A DNA stretch of 63,043 nt, the filler included, from Octopus bimaculoides (Eukaryota), in the NCBI RefSeq assembly GCF_001194135.2. It is 4 parts of 4 records of this genome, joined end to end, with 100 filler letters (N's around TTAATTAATTAA, not from the genome) between each part and the next. Parts side by side here need not be neighbours in the genome. Positions count along the whole stretch, not along the records: positions 50,040 to 63,043 come from NC_068989.1; 3 more parts are not named here. One strand, written 5' to 3'. The translations under genes and the position numbers were made by a program. Shown here piece after piece: positions 50,641 to 63,043 of this stretch; position 1 is the stretch's first letter, and the number at the start of each line of letters is the position of its first letter. Below the pieces are notes generated by a model, which was not told the origin of the DNA, did not search any database, and saw only the letters and a list, made by a program, of their open reading frames with translations.

Positions 50641-51460
50641 TGTAGTTGTTTTTGCTATTGGCATGTCTTTTTTTATGCCTATTTTTTTGCGTTAGTTTTT
50701 GTCAGTTTTTTTATTATTATATATGTATAATTTAATTTTTTAAAAAATTTTTTTTTCCTGACAGAAGGTGTGAAATTACTCTGAAACTTTGTCACCGAAT
50801 AATTTCTGTTGAGGGATTTTAACTCTGAGATGCGTATATAAGATATAATATTATTCAAGAATATTTCTTTACATTCAAAGACAGGTATCCACAATAGTCA
50901 AACACGATATTCCACCTGAATACATTTTTCCTGCGGAAATATATTCTAGATATTAATATTTGTTCCGTTCTATTTTCGTATTTTTTTTAACGTTCACCTT
51001 TATTCCTGATATTTCTTAAAGAATCTTCCATGGGAGTGCGTCTTAATATTTTTTTTTGGTTTGAAAATTCCGACAAGATTCCTGGGAGATCTCACCTGAT
51101 GCAATTTTCATTGGATCTACTGAAATAATTTTTACGGACAGATTTTTGGCAAATATTTACATAAGACACGAAGAAAATCTTAATTTGTTTCCGTTCCTTA
51201 ATCTCTCAACGAATATTAGTGAAAATAGAAAAATTCGCATGGTCGAACTCACTCACAGACATGCGCACACATACGCAGCCCGCTGCCACATATTGATGCA
51301 CAAATAGACTTTCTCCTTACTTTTTCCTCTATTTCTCCTTCTATCACACTTACGCAAAGAGAGACTCACTTACGCGCACGAATACACCGCAAGAAGAGTT
51401 TCGACTGTACTGGCATGTAAACATGTGAGCATGCGTGTATATATGTATGCGCATGCGTGA

Positions 51461-51530
<70 letters not shown>

Positions 51531-51694
51531 AGGCGCAGGAGTGGCTGTATGGAAAGTAGGTTGCTTACCAGCCACATGGTTCCGGGTTCAATCCCACTGT
51601 GTGGTACCTTTGGCAAGTGTCTTCTGCAATAACCTCGGGTCGACCAAAGCCTTGTGAGTGGATTTGGAAGACGGAAACTGAAAGAAGCCTGTCG
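51531..51694 (+). mobile_element. CORE-like SINE 5' half (runs into gap)
   Basis: AGGCGCAGGAGTGGCTG..GGTTCAATCCCAC..GGCAAGTGTCTTCT..GACGGAAACTGAAAGAAGCC. Confidence 0.9.
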
Positions 51695-52888
51695 NNNNNN
51701 NNNNNNNNNNNNNNNNNNNNNNNNNNNNNNNNNNNNNNNNNNNNNNNNNNNNNNNNNNNNNNNNNNNNNNNNNNNNNNNNNNNNNNNNNNNNNNNNNNNN
51801 NNNNNNNNNNNNNNNNNNNNNNNNNNNNNNNNNNNNNNNNNNNNNNNNNNNNNNNNNNNNNNNNNNNNNNNNNNNNNNNNNNNNNNNNNNNNNNNNNNNN
51901 NNNNNNNNNNNNNNNNNNNNNNNNNNNNNNNNNNNNNNNNNNNNNNNNNNNNNNNNNNNNNNNNNNNNNNNNNNNNNNNNNNNNNNNNNNNNNNNNNNNN
52001 NNNNNNNNNNNNNNNNNNNNNNNNNNNNNNNNNNNNNNNNNNNNNNNNNNNNNNNNNNNNNNNNNNNNNNNNNNNNNNNNNNNNNNNNNNNNNNNNNNNN
52101 NNNNNNNNNNNNNNNNNNNNNNNNNNNNNNNNNNNNNNNNNNNNNNNNNNNNNNNNNNNNNNNNNNNNNNNNNNNNNNNNNNNNNNNNNNNNNNNNNNNN
52201 NNNNNNNNNNNNNNNNNNNNNNNNNNNNNNNNNNNNNNNNNNNNNNNNNNNNNNNNNNNNNNNNNNNNNNNNNNNNNNNNNNNNNNNNNNNNNNNNATAT
52301 ATATATATATATATATATAAAAGAATGTATACTCACACACACACATATACACACACACATATATATGTATATTTATATGCACTCGCATCCTTATCTGTAA
52401 ATTCTAAGCACGTACGTACACACACACACCTCGCATACACACACATATATTTTTGTGTGTAGGGTGGCAAGTTACATGTACATCCAGACGTTAATATAAA
52501 GATATTGCTGTACACAAAACTGTTTTCTAGTCGCAATAAAAAAAAAATTTTATGGCTGTATTGTCATAAAATTGTAAAGAAGTGGACTTTAGTGAATTCT
52601 ATCGGGGTCCAAGATGAGACCGCATTTTGACTTTGTACAATTAACTGCTATCTTTTGAACAGCTCTGAATACTGAACATTACATAAATATACACGATATG
52701 TACATGCACAGTTTTTCTCTCTCTCTTTCCCTCTCACTGTCTCTCACATTCTATTTCATTCCTCCCTCTCTTTTTCGCTCTTCCACAGTCGCTCTCTCTC
52801 TCTCTCTCTGTCTCTCTCTGTCTCTGCTGTTACTGTTTCTCTCAAACAATGACTACATCCATAGTTATTCAAACACCATTCGGAAAGC

Positions 52889-53033
52889 CAGGCACTGGCA
52901 ACCTTTATCGAGAAGCGGGCCGCATGAGACATTCTTCATCATAAAGCAGATCGCATTATTAAAACTATTCGTGGTAAATTTTTGTTGGTGTGCCATGCAA
53001 AAAGTCTCGCGGGCCGCAGTTTTCTAGTGACTG
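52889..53033. mobile_element. hAT (Charlie/MER30-like) MITE
   Basis: TIRs CAGGCACTGGCAACC / GTTTTCTAGTGACTG match at 11 of 15 positions, with GCGGGCCGCA subterminal motifs. Homologous to 23298-23445. Confidence 0.8.
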
Positions 53034-54084
53034 CTTTAAACTCTTGCCTTCCTGCGAATGTATGAATGTAGAGCTGCAAAATTTTCCTAAAGCAATAGCT
53101 ATTTATCACCAGCCAAAATTGGAGCGAAAGGTGAATCCTGCAGTCGCTAACTAAAAGATGCTGGAGATTTTATGCAAATATTGACTCTCACTGTTGTCAC
53201 AGGACATGGTTTCGTTTAGAGTTATCTCCCTTAGTTCTTAACTGTAATGGAAGCCTATTTCATGAGGCAAAGAAACCAGTGTAAGATACTGGCTTTTAAC
53301 TTCCTGACGCATTACTTAGGCCGATGTACACATAATACCAAGGAACTCTTGAGTGCTGCTGGTGACACGTAACGCAATACAACCATTCACGTGACCTTCT
53401 CGTACGTGACTAAACTGGAAACCTCACCAAGCTTGCTTAGTGAGGAGGGTGACTTTGTCACACTGCGGGATTAAAAACAAAACCCGCCACAAGGAGGTGG
53501 AATTCGTAGGAGTCAACGGCCATTAAGTAGAGAGTATATAGAGGAGTTAACCTCAATGGTAAAAAAATCCCCGACCCAGGGTCGCAGCGAAGTCGTGGGA
53601 AGCGGCATAGCAGATGTAAAAATGAGAGCATTGATTTTCATTCGGCAAAACTACACAACATAGGGTTGCACACACACACACACACACACNNNNNNNNNNN
53701 NNNNNNNNNNNNNNNNNNNNNNNNNNNNNNNNNNNNNNNNNNNNNNNNNNNNNNNNNNNNNNNNNNNNNNNNNNNNNNNNNNNNNNNNNNNNNNNNNNNN
53801 NNNNNNNNNNNNNNNNNNNNNNNNNNNNNNNNNNNNNNNNNNNNNNNNNNNNNNNNNNNNNNNNNNNNNNNNNNNNNNNNNNNNNNNNNNNNNNNNNNNN
53901 NNNNNNNNNNNNNNNNNNNNNNNNNNNNNNNNNNNNNNNNNNNNNNNNNNNNNNNNNNNNNNNNNNNNNNNNNNNNNNNNNNNNNNNNNNNNNNNNNNNN
54001 NNNNNNNNNNNNNNNNNNNNNNNNNNNNNNNNNNNNNNNNNNNNNNNNNNNNNNNNNNNNNNNNNNNNNNNNNNNNNNNNNNNN

Positions 54085-54141
<57 letters not shown>

Positions 54142-54154
54142 CACATATATATGT

Positions 54155-54300
54155 GACGGGTTTCTTTCAGTTTCCGTCTACCAAATCCATTCATAAGGCT
54201 ATAGTAAAAGACACTTGCCGAAGGTGCCACGCAGCGGGACTGAACCCGGAACTATGTGGATCGTAAGCATTCTACTTACCACACACCCACTCCTACGCCT
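54155..54300 (-). mobile_element. CORE-like SINE 5' half
   Basis: GACGGGTTTCTTTCAGTTTCCGTCTACC..GGTGCCACGCAGCGGGACTGAACCCGG..ACTCCTACGCCT. Confidence 0.9.
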
Positions 54301-54389
54301 ATTAATATATATTGTTGTCAAAACGCTGGTTCAATTCAATATCGAAAGCGATTGTCCCTTTATTTTGTTTGTTTGTTTGTTCCCTTCTT

Positions 54390-54442
54390 TCTTCCTCCCT
54401 TTCTTTCTTCCTCCCTTTCTTTCTTTCTGTCTTTCTTTATTA

Positions 54443-54501
<59 letters not shown>

Positions 54502-54590
54502 TTTTCTTTGTTTGTTTGTTTTTTTCTTCCTTTCTTTCTTTCCCGCTCTTTCTCTTTCACTCACTCACTCACTCACTCACTCACGCACTC
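54390..54590. repeat. (TTTC)n/(CACT)n low-complexity tract
   Basis: Direct reading. Confidence 0.9.
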
Positions 54591-54922
54591 TCTTTCCACT
54601 TTCTCCCCTCCCTCACCTGCTGCGGCTGTAAGAATTTCACAAGGGAGCGTTCACAGTACCGCCTTCCTCCAAGGCCCTCGATTGCACTCTATTGCAGTGG
54701 AAGAATGAGGTCTCCAAGTCTCTTAAGTGGTGTACGTGACATGCACGTCACCATCTTTTATCATTGTTTTATTTATATCATTAAGATATGTTATTTCTAG
54801 CAGCTCATCCCATGGCGTAAAGCATCTCGTTTTTTTTCTTCCATCTACACCACATTGAACGAAGTGCTAAACGTGTTACTGCGCATCATCAATTATATCA
54901 CTAGTTTTATCACACACGCAAT

Positions 54923-54958
<36 letters not shown>

Positions 54959-54984
54959 CATAAACATATGTATATATATGTGTG

Positions 54985-55093
<109 letters not shown>

Positions 55094-55325
55094 CTATATA
55101 CGTGTATGAATATAAATACATATACATGTATATATGTATGTATATAAATACATATATATTCAAAAAATTTGAAAACCCTACAAGACTAGGTGAAAGCACT
55201 AAGTTATAAAACATGTGACATATGATTAAAAATCTGTAAATGTACAACCAACCACACATCTGAGTACCTGATTATTTTTTCTAACGTATAATTCCTGTAC
55301 ATCACCTCCAAACCTTCCAATATAA

Positions 55326-55379
<54 letters not shown>

Positions 55380-56263
55380 GTATTTATATACATACACGTA
55401 TATAGACATACATTTGTATATCTACATGCATATATATAGTTATATATATACATACACACACACACACATGTATGTATATACACGCTAATGCTAAACTGTC
55501 ATAAAACAGATGGGCCCTAATAATTGCACTTTGTCAGAAAAGGGGATAAACTCTGATGGTATTCAGAAGCCTGTAAGCTATAAGTTTTCAAAAATATTCC
55601 TGTTACAACAGAACAGCAAATACAACCCGGCTAAGTCCTCCTTGATCTGTAACCCCATCTCTTTCCCTGACACACGCACAACTCCACACATTTGCATTCA
55701 CCTCTCATCTATCACGTGTTATCGCATTACAGTACAACACACAAATTAAGATACACAATAGACTAATACTACCTAAATATCTGAAGAAATCAAACCAATA
55801 CCAACCCTATGAAGTTAACGTACTCTGAATAAACTGAACTCTTCCTCTGATTGAGTTACTCTCTGCTACACCAGGATATACTCATCATTCTATTATTAAG
55901 AACAATGATAATGTATTCCCAAATGTGTCACAGACGCTGTAAAGCAGTGAGCCCAAGCCTGTATAAAATTTGGAATTGATATGTATTATGTTAGAGCAAT
56001 AAGTCTGTAAGGTGGATTAAACCATGTGATTAAACGTCTTGCACATAAATTTCATTAAACTAGATGCTATCCGTTTAAAATATGAACTCCGAGCTTGCTA
56101 TTAAAACCGACAATCACCTCACCTCATCATACAGTACATAGCTGTGGTGGTGCTCCCCTAGTAGGTGTGAAACAATAACATGCGCACGACAATTTTATAG
56201 TTGTATACACACACACACACACACAAAATCTTTATATACAGTGGCAGAGTGAGAGAGAGAGAG

Positions 56264-56315
<52 letters not shown>

Positions 56316-57307
56316 AAGAGAAAGTGAAGGTGCTCGGCATTGTGGCTAGGGCTGCCGCAATCACAATGTTGAGACCGTAGTTTGAATTCTCAAACCGTCT
56401 GTGCGTTGTATTCTTCAGTAAAAACTTCATGTCGCGTTGCTCGCTCCATATATATGTTTATATATATATATATATANNNNNNNNNNNNNNNNNNNNNNNN
56501 NNNNNNNNNNNNNNNNNNNNNNNNNNNNNNNNNNNNNNNNNNNNNNNNNNNNNNNNNNNNNNNNNNNNNNNNNNNNNNNNNNNNNNNNNNNNNNNNNNNN
56601 NNNNNNNNNNNNNNNNNNNNNNNNNNNNNNNNNNNNNNNNNNNNNNNNNNNNNNNNNNNNNNNNNNNNNNNNNNNNNNNNNNNNNNNNNNNNNNNNNNNN
56701 NNNNNNNNNNNNNNNNNNNNNNNNNNNNNNNNNNNNNNNNNNNNNNNNNNNNNNNNNNNNNNNNNNNNNNNNNNNNNNNNNNNNNNNNNNNNNNNNNNNN
56801 NNNNNNNNNNNNNNNNNNNNNNNNNNNNNNNNNNNNNNNNNNNNNNNNNNNNNNNNNNNNNNNNNNNNNNNNNNNNNNNNNNNNNNNNNNNNNNNNNNNN
56901 NNNNNNNNNNNNNNNNNNNNNNNNNNNNNNNNNNNNNNNNNNNNNNNNNNNNNNNNNNNNNNNNNNNNNNNNNNNNNNNNNNNNNNNNNNNNNNNNNNNN
57001 NNNNNNNNNNNNNNNNNNNNNNNNNNNNNNNNNNNNNNNNNNNNNNNNNNNNNNNNNNNNNNNNNNNNNNNNNNNNNNNNNNNNNNNNNNNNNNNNNNNN
57101 NNNNNNNNNNNNNNNNNNNNNNNNNNNNNNNNNNNNNNNNNNNNNNNNNNNNNNNNNNNNNNNNNNNNNNNNNNNNNNNNNNNNNNNNNNNNNNNNNNNN
57201 NNNNNNNNNNNNNNNNNNNNNNNNNNNNNNNNNNNNNNNNNNNNNNNNNNNNNNNNNNNNNNNNNNNNNNNNNNNNNNNNNNNNNNNNNNNNNNNNNNNN
57301 NNNNNNN

Positions 57308-57342
<35 letters not shown>

Positions 57343-58363
57343 TACACATGCATACACACACGTAGATATCTGTTGTCATGGTGAATAGGAATTGTTTACG
57401 AACTAAACAATTCAGTATCGCCATCTACAACATATACAGTAGTTAAGTAGTTTTCAACGAATTTCAAGTATGGAGCATCAAAAAGTTTAAGTAGGAAAAG
57501 AATATGTCACACTAGACAATGTATTGTTTTTATTCAATTTAAGTATTTCCAATGCTCCATGCTTTAAATATCTTATCGTCCACTTACCAACTCTGTATTA
57601 TGCGGCCACAATATCTTTTTAATGTTTAAACAATACGTTTTTTATAGGCCAATAAATGTACATGTTTATATATTTACTTATCGGTTCTTTCGCTATAACT
57701 TCGGCGATCTACAATGAGTTTATACGTCGTTGATGAAACCAAAATAATGTAGAAACATGTCTGGAATTTTCTATCATACATGTCGGAAAAATAAGAAAAA
57801 ATGTTAAGCACCATCTAATAGTGTTTTATTTTCTACTTTAACTTTTTAATGTTTTATGCATTGATATGCAGATATATTATTTATATAATGAAAGTAGTGT
57901 TTCGGAATAATTTAATCTTTAAAAGTGCCATTTGGTATTATAGACTGCTAAATTTATAAATCTATAAATAACAGACAATTTGGAAAATATGAACGAAATA
58001 CATAGACGGGTGATATAATATATGCATGTATGCATACATTCATACATGCATACATGTGTATATGCATATCTGTGTATATGTCTGTATATGATTTTTATAT
58101 ATATGCATATTAAAGAAATGGGTAGTCGTGTATATTCGCAAATGTAGTTAGAAAGGAAGACACATCGATAAAGATATGAGTAGTTATCTGTGTCTACACA
58201 TGCGTATATAAACGTGTGTATACAAATATTTAAATATAAATATAGATACGTATATACACGTAAATATTTATGTATACATACATAATATACATACGTTTAT
58301 GTATGAAAGTATATGCATAAGCATGCATGCACACGCACACACACACACACACATATCGGAGTA

Positions 58364-58401
<38 letters not shown>

Positions 58402-59114
58402 CAGTAGAGATTAATATAAACTGGGTCGATGTTTAATTTGGTTGGACAGACCGGACACATTACCAAATTTTAAGATAGTACTTTATACATTCACAAAAAT
58501 TCAAATTTCAGTAAACTTATTTAGGAATGTTCTAACCAGAATTAATAAAAGAGTCCCCAGTATACTGATTCACAAGCCTGAAACGGCATCAATAACAATA
58601 TAATAAAGAAGTAGAGAGCTCTCCATTTTAAATTTAATCCTGGAACTGAGAGGTAATCTGGTTAAATCGACAGTATAACAGGGAAGTCACGACAAACGTA
58701 TCCAGGAATTGTCTAGCTCCAGTAAGATAACATTTTCCGCTGACACACAAGTATAAAAAATCTTGTGCTACTCATAACTTTAAACAGTTAATCCTTCCTG
58801 GGTAGCATTGCACAAAGAACGCTTTAACTGCTGATTGACAGCTGTAGAAATTCCACAAGCGACCACTTGTAGGGTATAGGCTTTTCGAAGTAGCAACAAA
58901 CTGAGTATAAAGGCTGATGGGCGATGCAGACAGGAACTGCAAAAGATTCATTCCAGACATTTTCATAAGCCGTGACTATCTGTACAATTCTGCTAATCCA
59001 CTGTTACTAGAACTTTTTTAAGAGACACGAGAGGGTGATATGCATTTAGATTTGAACTCAGGGGGAAGAGAAGCGGAATATACACATCAAAGCTTTCTAT
59101 CGGGTTCTTAAGAA

Positions 59115-59189
<75 letters not shown>

Positions 59190-59292
59190 CTCTGTCTCTC
59201 TCTCTATCTATCTCTCTGTCTATCTATCTGTGTGTATGTGTGTGTGTTCATGTGTCTGTGTGTGTGTCTGTCTACATACATATATACATACA

Positions 59293-59348
<56 letters not shown>

Positions 59349-59448
59349 NNNNNNNNNNNNNNNNNNNNNNNNNNNNNNNNNNNNNNNNNNNNNNNNNNNN
59401 NNNNNNNNTACAAACATACATACATACATACACACATAATACATATAT

Positions 59449-59500
<52 letters not shown>

Positions 59501-60225
59501 ATCTATCTATCTATATATATATATATATACGCATACACATACATATGCAAACACATACAATGAAAAAGAGAAGAGAGAAGAGAGAAAGGGGAAGAGAAAG
59601 AAGGAGGGAACGAGGAGAATAGGAAAGGGGAGAGAGACAGAGATTATCTGTGTCTTTTATCAATTTGAGGTACATGGCTGTAGCAGTACTGGGGCATGTA
59701 TCGATTCATGGAAGGTAAAATAGATACGTCTCTATGTATGCATACATGGTTGTATGTGTGCATACGTATGTGTACGTATGCATGCATTATGTGTGTATGC
59801 ATATGTATCTATACATCTAGCTTTATCTCTCACATTTCATCTTACTCTTTCACTCATTTTTCTCGTTATATATATAAATACATATACACCCATTGTACAC
59901 GAAGTCATGAAATATAGACAAGCCAACAGACTGACAGATAAACGTCGATAGAAAGACAGACAAACCAACACTCATAACCTATCACTCTCTCATGCATGTA
60001 CACACGTAGTCATACACAGATATTATATATACCTAAACACACGCATACACTCATATATATATATATACACATATATGTATACGCACACTGAAAGATACAG
60101 GCAACGGACAGACAGACACAAAACATATATAAAAATATATACAATTCGATACTTGTATACAAGGGTAGAATAATATATATATATACAAAGATCTATAGAC
60201 AGATAAGGATGAATGAATATACATT

Positions 60226-60300
60226 GATGTATACGAGATGTATACATAGATGTATACATAGATGTATACATAGATGTATACATAGATGTATACATAGATG
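60226..60300. repeat. 12-bp minisatellite (GATGTATACATA)n
   Basis: About 6 tandem units. Confidence 0.9.
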
Positions 60301-60649
60301 AAGTAACTATAACAAAAAACCATATAGATACATAGATGTACAATCAGAAAGATACACAGACAGATAACAAACGAGAGATCATGTGATACATCTGTAGATT
60401 AACAGATGTATAGTTAGATTTTCTTATAGAACAATCGATGAAATTAGGTCTCATCGTTTCTGCTCATAGATTTTATTTTGTTTGGCATTCCTAATGTCAT
60501 TCGGTGCAAATATGCGTCCCACCTCAAAGGGATCACAAAGGAATGTCTGACATGACATGCGATCTGTGGTGGGCCTCACATACATCTGTTTAGAAACAGA
60601 CAAACGTATACGTATACGTAAATGCACATATGTGCACACACAATTACAA

Positions 60650-60781
<132 letters not shown>

Positions 60782-60896
60782 CACACTATACACCTCTGTA
60801 ATATATGTATCTATGATTGTATGAATGCATGTATGAACATAAACCAATACAGAGATGTACATATACATGCGTATATACATACACACAGATATACCA

Positions 60897-60935
<39 letters not shown>

Positions 60936-61033
60936 TACATTTTATAGTTATGTATAGGTAAATATGTATGTCTAGGAAAATATGTATATATATATACATG
61001 CATACATACATATGTCCATACATATATACATAC

Positions 61034-61095
<62 letters not shown>

Positions 61096-61101
61096 CTCTC
61101 A

Positions 61102-61140
<39 letters not shown>

Positions 61141-61768
61141 CCTATCTATTCTGTCTATTTATCTATATATATATGAATACACATCCAGTTTGTATGTAAA
61201 GAAGACGTAAACATTTGTATACCAACGTGCTTTCTGTTTTTGCAATTATATACATACATATGTACAACAACATATATTAGTGTGCATACATGCATACAAA
61301 CATACATACATACATACATACTCTAAACGTATATCTATATGCATTCACAGCTCCATACCCTTCCCCGCACATACATACATGCGTACATACAGACAATCCG
61401 AACATTCATTCGTATGCTACACACTAGATCAATATTATCGCTGTCAACAATCTGTTTTTTTTTATCTGTTGTTATCTCTTTACTTCCAACTTCGAAAAAA
61501 ATAAAACAACAAAAATTTCATTTTCTTATTTTCTATTTTTTGCTTTTTGTTTTTTTCCAAATAGTCACCTCTTTCGTGGCTTATCTCCACCCGTTCCTTG
61601 ACGGTTCTTTCGCATCTCTTTTTTTAAGCATACTCATCATCGTTCTTTGAGTGACGACTCACTCATCTCAAAGTATCTTTCCTTCTTTCTCTGCCTATCG
61701 CTTTCTTTATTTCTTTCTTTCATTCCTTCTTTCTTTCTTGCTCATTCTCTTTCTGTTTGCCCACTCTG

Positions 61769-61803
<35 letters not shown>

Positions 61804-61816
61804 GTCCACATGCCTG

Positions 61817-61869
<53 letters not shown>

Positions 61870-61873
<4 letters not shown>

Positions 61874-62280
61874 ACTCTTTACTCTTTACTCTTTCACTTG
61901 TTTCAGTCAGTTGACTGCGGCCATGCTGGAGCACCGCATTTAGTCGAGCAAATCGACCCCATGACTTATTCTTTGTAAGCCTAGTACTTATTCTATCGGT
62001 CTCTTTTGCCGAACCGCTAAGTTATGGGGACGTAAACACACCAGCATCGGTTGTCAAGCGATGTTGGGGGGACAAACACAGACACACAAACACACATATA
62101 TACATATACATATATACGACGGGCTTCTTTCAGTTTCGGTCTACCAAATTCACTCACAAGGCTTTGGTCGGCTCGAGGCTATAGTAGAAGACACTTGCCC
62201 AAGGTGCCACGCAGTGGGACTGAACCCGGAACCATGTGGTTGGTAAGCAAGCTACTTACCACACAGCCACTACTGCGCCT
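61870..62280 (-). mobile_element. Full-length, young tRNA-headed CORE-like SINE
   Basis: Minus strand AGGCGCAGTAGTGGCTGTGTGGTAAG..GGTTCAGTCCCAC..TTGGGCAAGTGTCTTC (MIR-CORE-like), internal (TA/TG) microsatellite, (GAGTAAA)n tail, CpGs retained. Confidence 0.93.
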
Positions 62281-62294
62281 ATATATCTATATAG

Positions 62295-63043
62295 TTATAT
62301 AGATAGGGTGATAAATTGAATATTAATTCAATTTAAAACCAAGTGGCCTAGCATATAAAAAACATGAACATTCAGAAAAAATTTATTACACGTGTATAAG
62401 GGATGACCACTAGGTGGACATCCAATATGCTAGAAAGAGATCATCAACGACTCAACCACAAAGAAAAATAATGTTCTCCAGAAAAATTTAGCGAAACACC
62501 AGAACAGGACAAAATGAGAAATATAAAATAAAGAATTAGCTGTGTACTTCAGTTTCGAACATTAACGTATTACTTACGTAACGACATCCCTGTTCTCGTC
62601 AGCACAACCGTTCTAGAATCAATATAATTTGCAGAACTATACACGAATTGTCTTCATGAAATAAGACTTGCACATAGTTCTAACGATTACACTGAGATTA
62701 TTTTTCAAAATGCCCTAGCTCTGGCGCGCCAAATTCCGGAAACAATTCTGCAGAGAATAATTCACTGCAGTATATGGTGCCGGCTGGAGAACATAACTAT
62801 TTAAATTATTATTTATATAGATAGGGTGATAAATTGAATATTAATTCAATTTAAAACGAAGTGGCCTAGCATATAAAAAAATCTGAAAATTCAGAAAAAA
62901 TTGTATTACACGTGTATAAGGGATGACCACTATGTGGACATCCAATATGCTAGAAAGAGGTCATCAACGACCCAACCGCAAAGAAAAAGTCTTCTGGAGA
63001 AGATTATTTTTCTTTGTGGTTGGGTCGTTGATGACCACTTTCT
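62295..63043. mobile_element. Penelope-like pLTR / retrozyme-type non-coding repeat: full 518-bp unit, partial tandem copy and inverted copy
   Basis: 62295-62470 recurs at 62813-62988 (offset 518). 62952-62988 is the reverse complement of 63007-63043 at 35 of 37 positions. The unit carries a hammerhead, then a T-rich segment and AATAAA, and ends at a TA-rich tract. Confidence 0.75.
62532..62614 (-). ncRNA. Type I hammerhead ribozyme with complete catalytic core
   Basis: Minus strand reads AGAA-c-GGTTGTG-CTGACGA-GAACA-(29 nt, inner TTAC-GTAA-GTAA)-TGTTC-GAAA-CT-GA-AG-T-A-CACAGCT-aa-TTCT. All core nucleotides are present with G10.1-C11.1, a GUA triplet and a 7+4 bp stem I. Predicted cleavage is between 62545 and 62544. 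Confidence 0.88.

Noticed and set aside
53415-53455. Twister-like words (CCAAGC...GAGGG)
   Set aside because: The order of helices and the conserved L1/L4 residues do not fit the twister consensus.

Overview
Eukaryotic, AT-rich and very microsatellite-dense DNA with no confident protein-coding host gene, no rRNA and no CRISPR array. The SINE families and repeat landscape look like an octopus (coleoid cephalopod) genome; this is an inference from recalled repeats, not a database match. The window is not one contiguous locus: three artificial 100-bp spacers (44 N + TTAATTAATTAA + 44 N; 17704-17803, 34153-34252, 49940-50039) join four sequence blocks, and there are about 12 further N-gaps. Recognisable content is transposon debris: many tRNA-headed SINEs of at least four types; fragments of CR1-, Tx1-, R4/Dong-, L2- and RTE-type LINEs; a decayed mariner; and Tigger-, mariner-, hAT- and long-TIR MITEs. 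There is also one decayed intron-containing tRNA-Met-like gene. Most listed ORFs are microsatellite or N-gap artefacts. The most interesting signal is a set of type I hammerhead ribozyme motifs. One has a fully intact core (62532-62614, minus strand) and lies in a 518-bp non-coding unit arranged as tandem plus inverted copies next to (TA)n. One is cut by a gap (39250-39277) and several are decayed (4857, 23228, 53197). Together they suggest Penelope-like pLTR or retrozyme-type non-autonomous retroelements.
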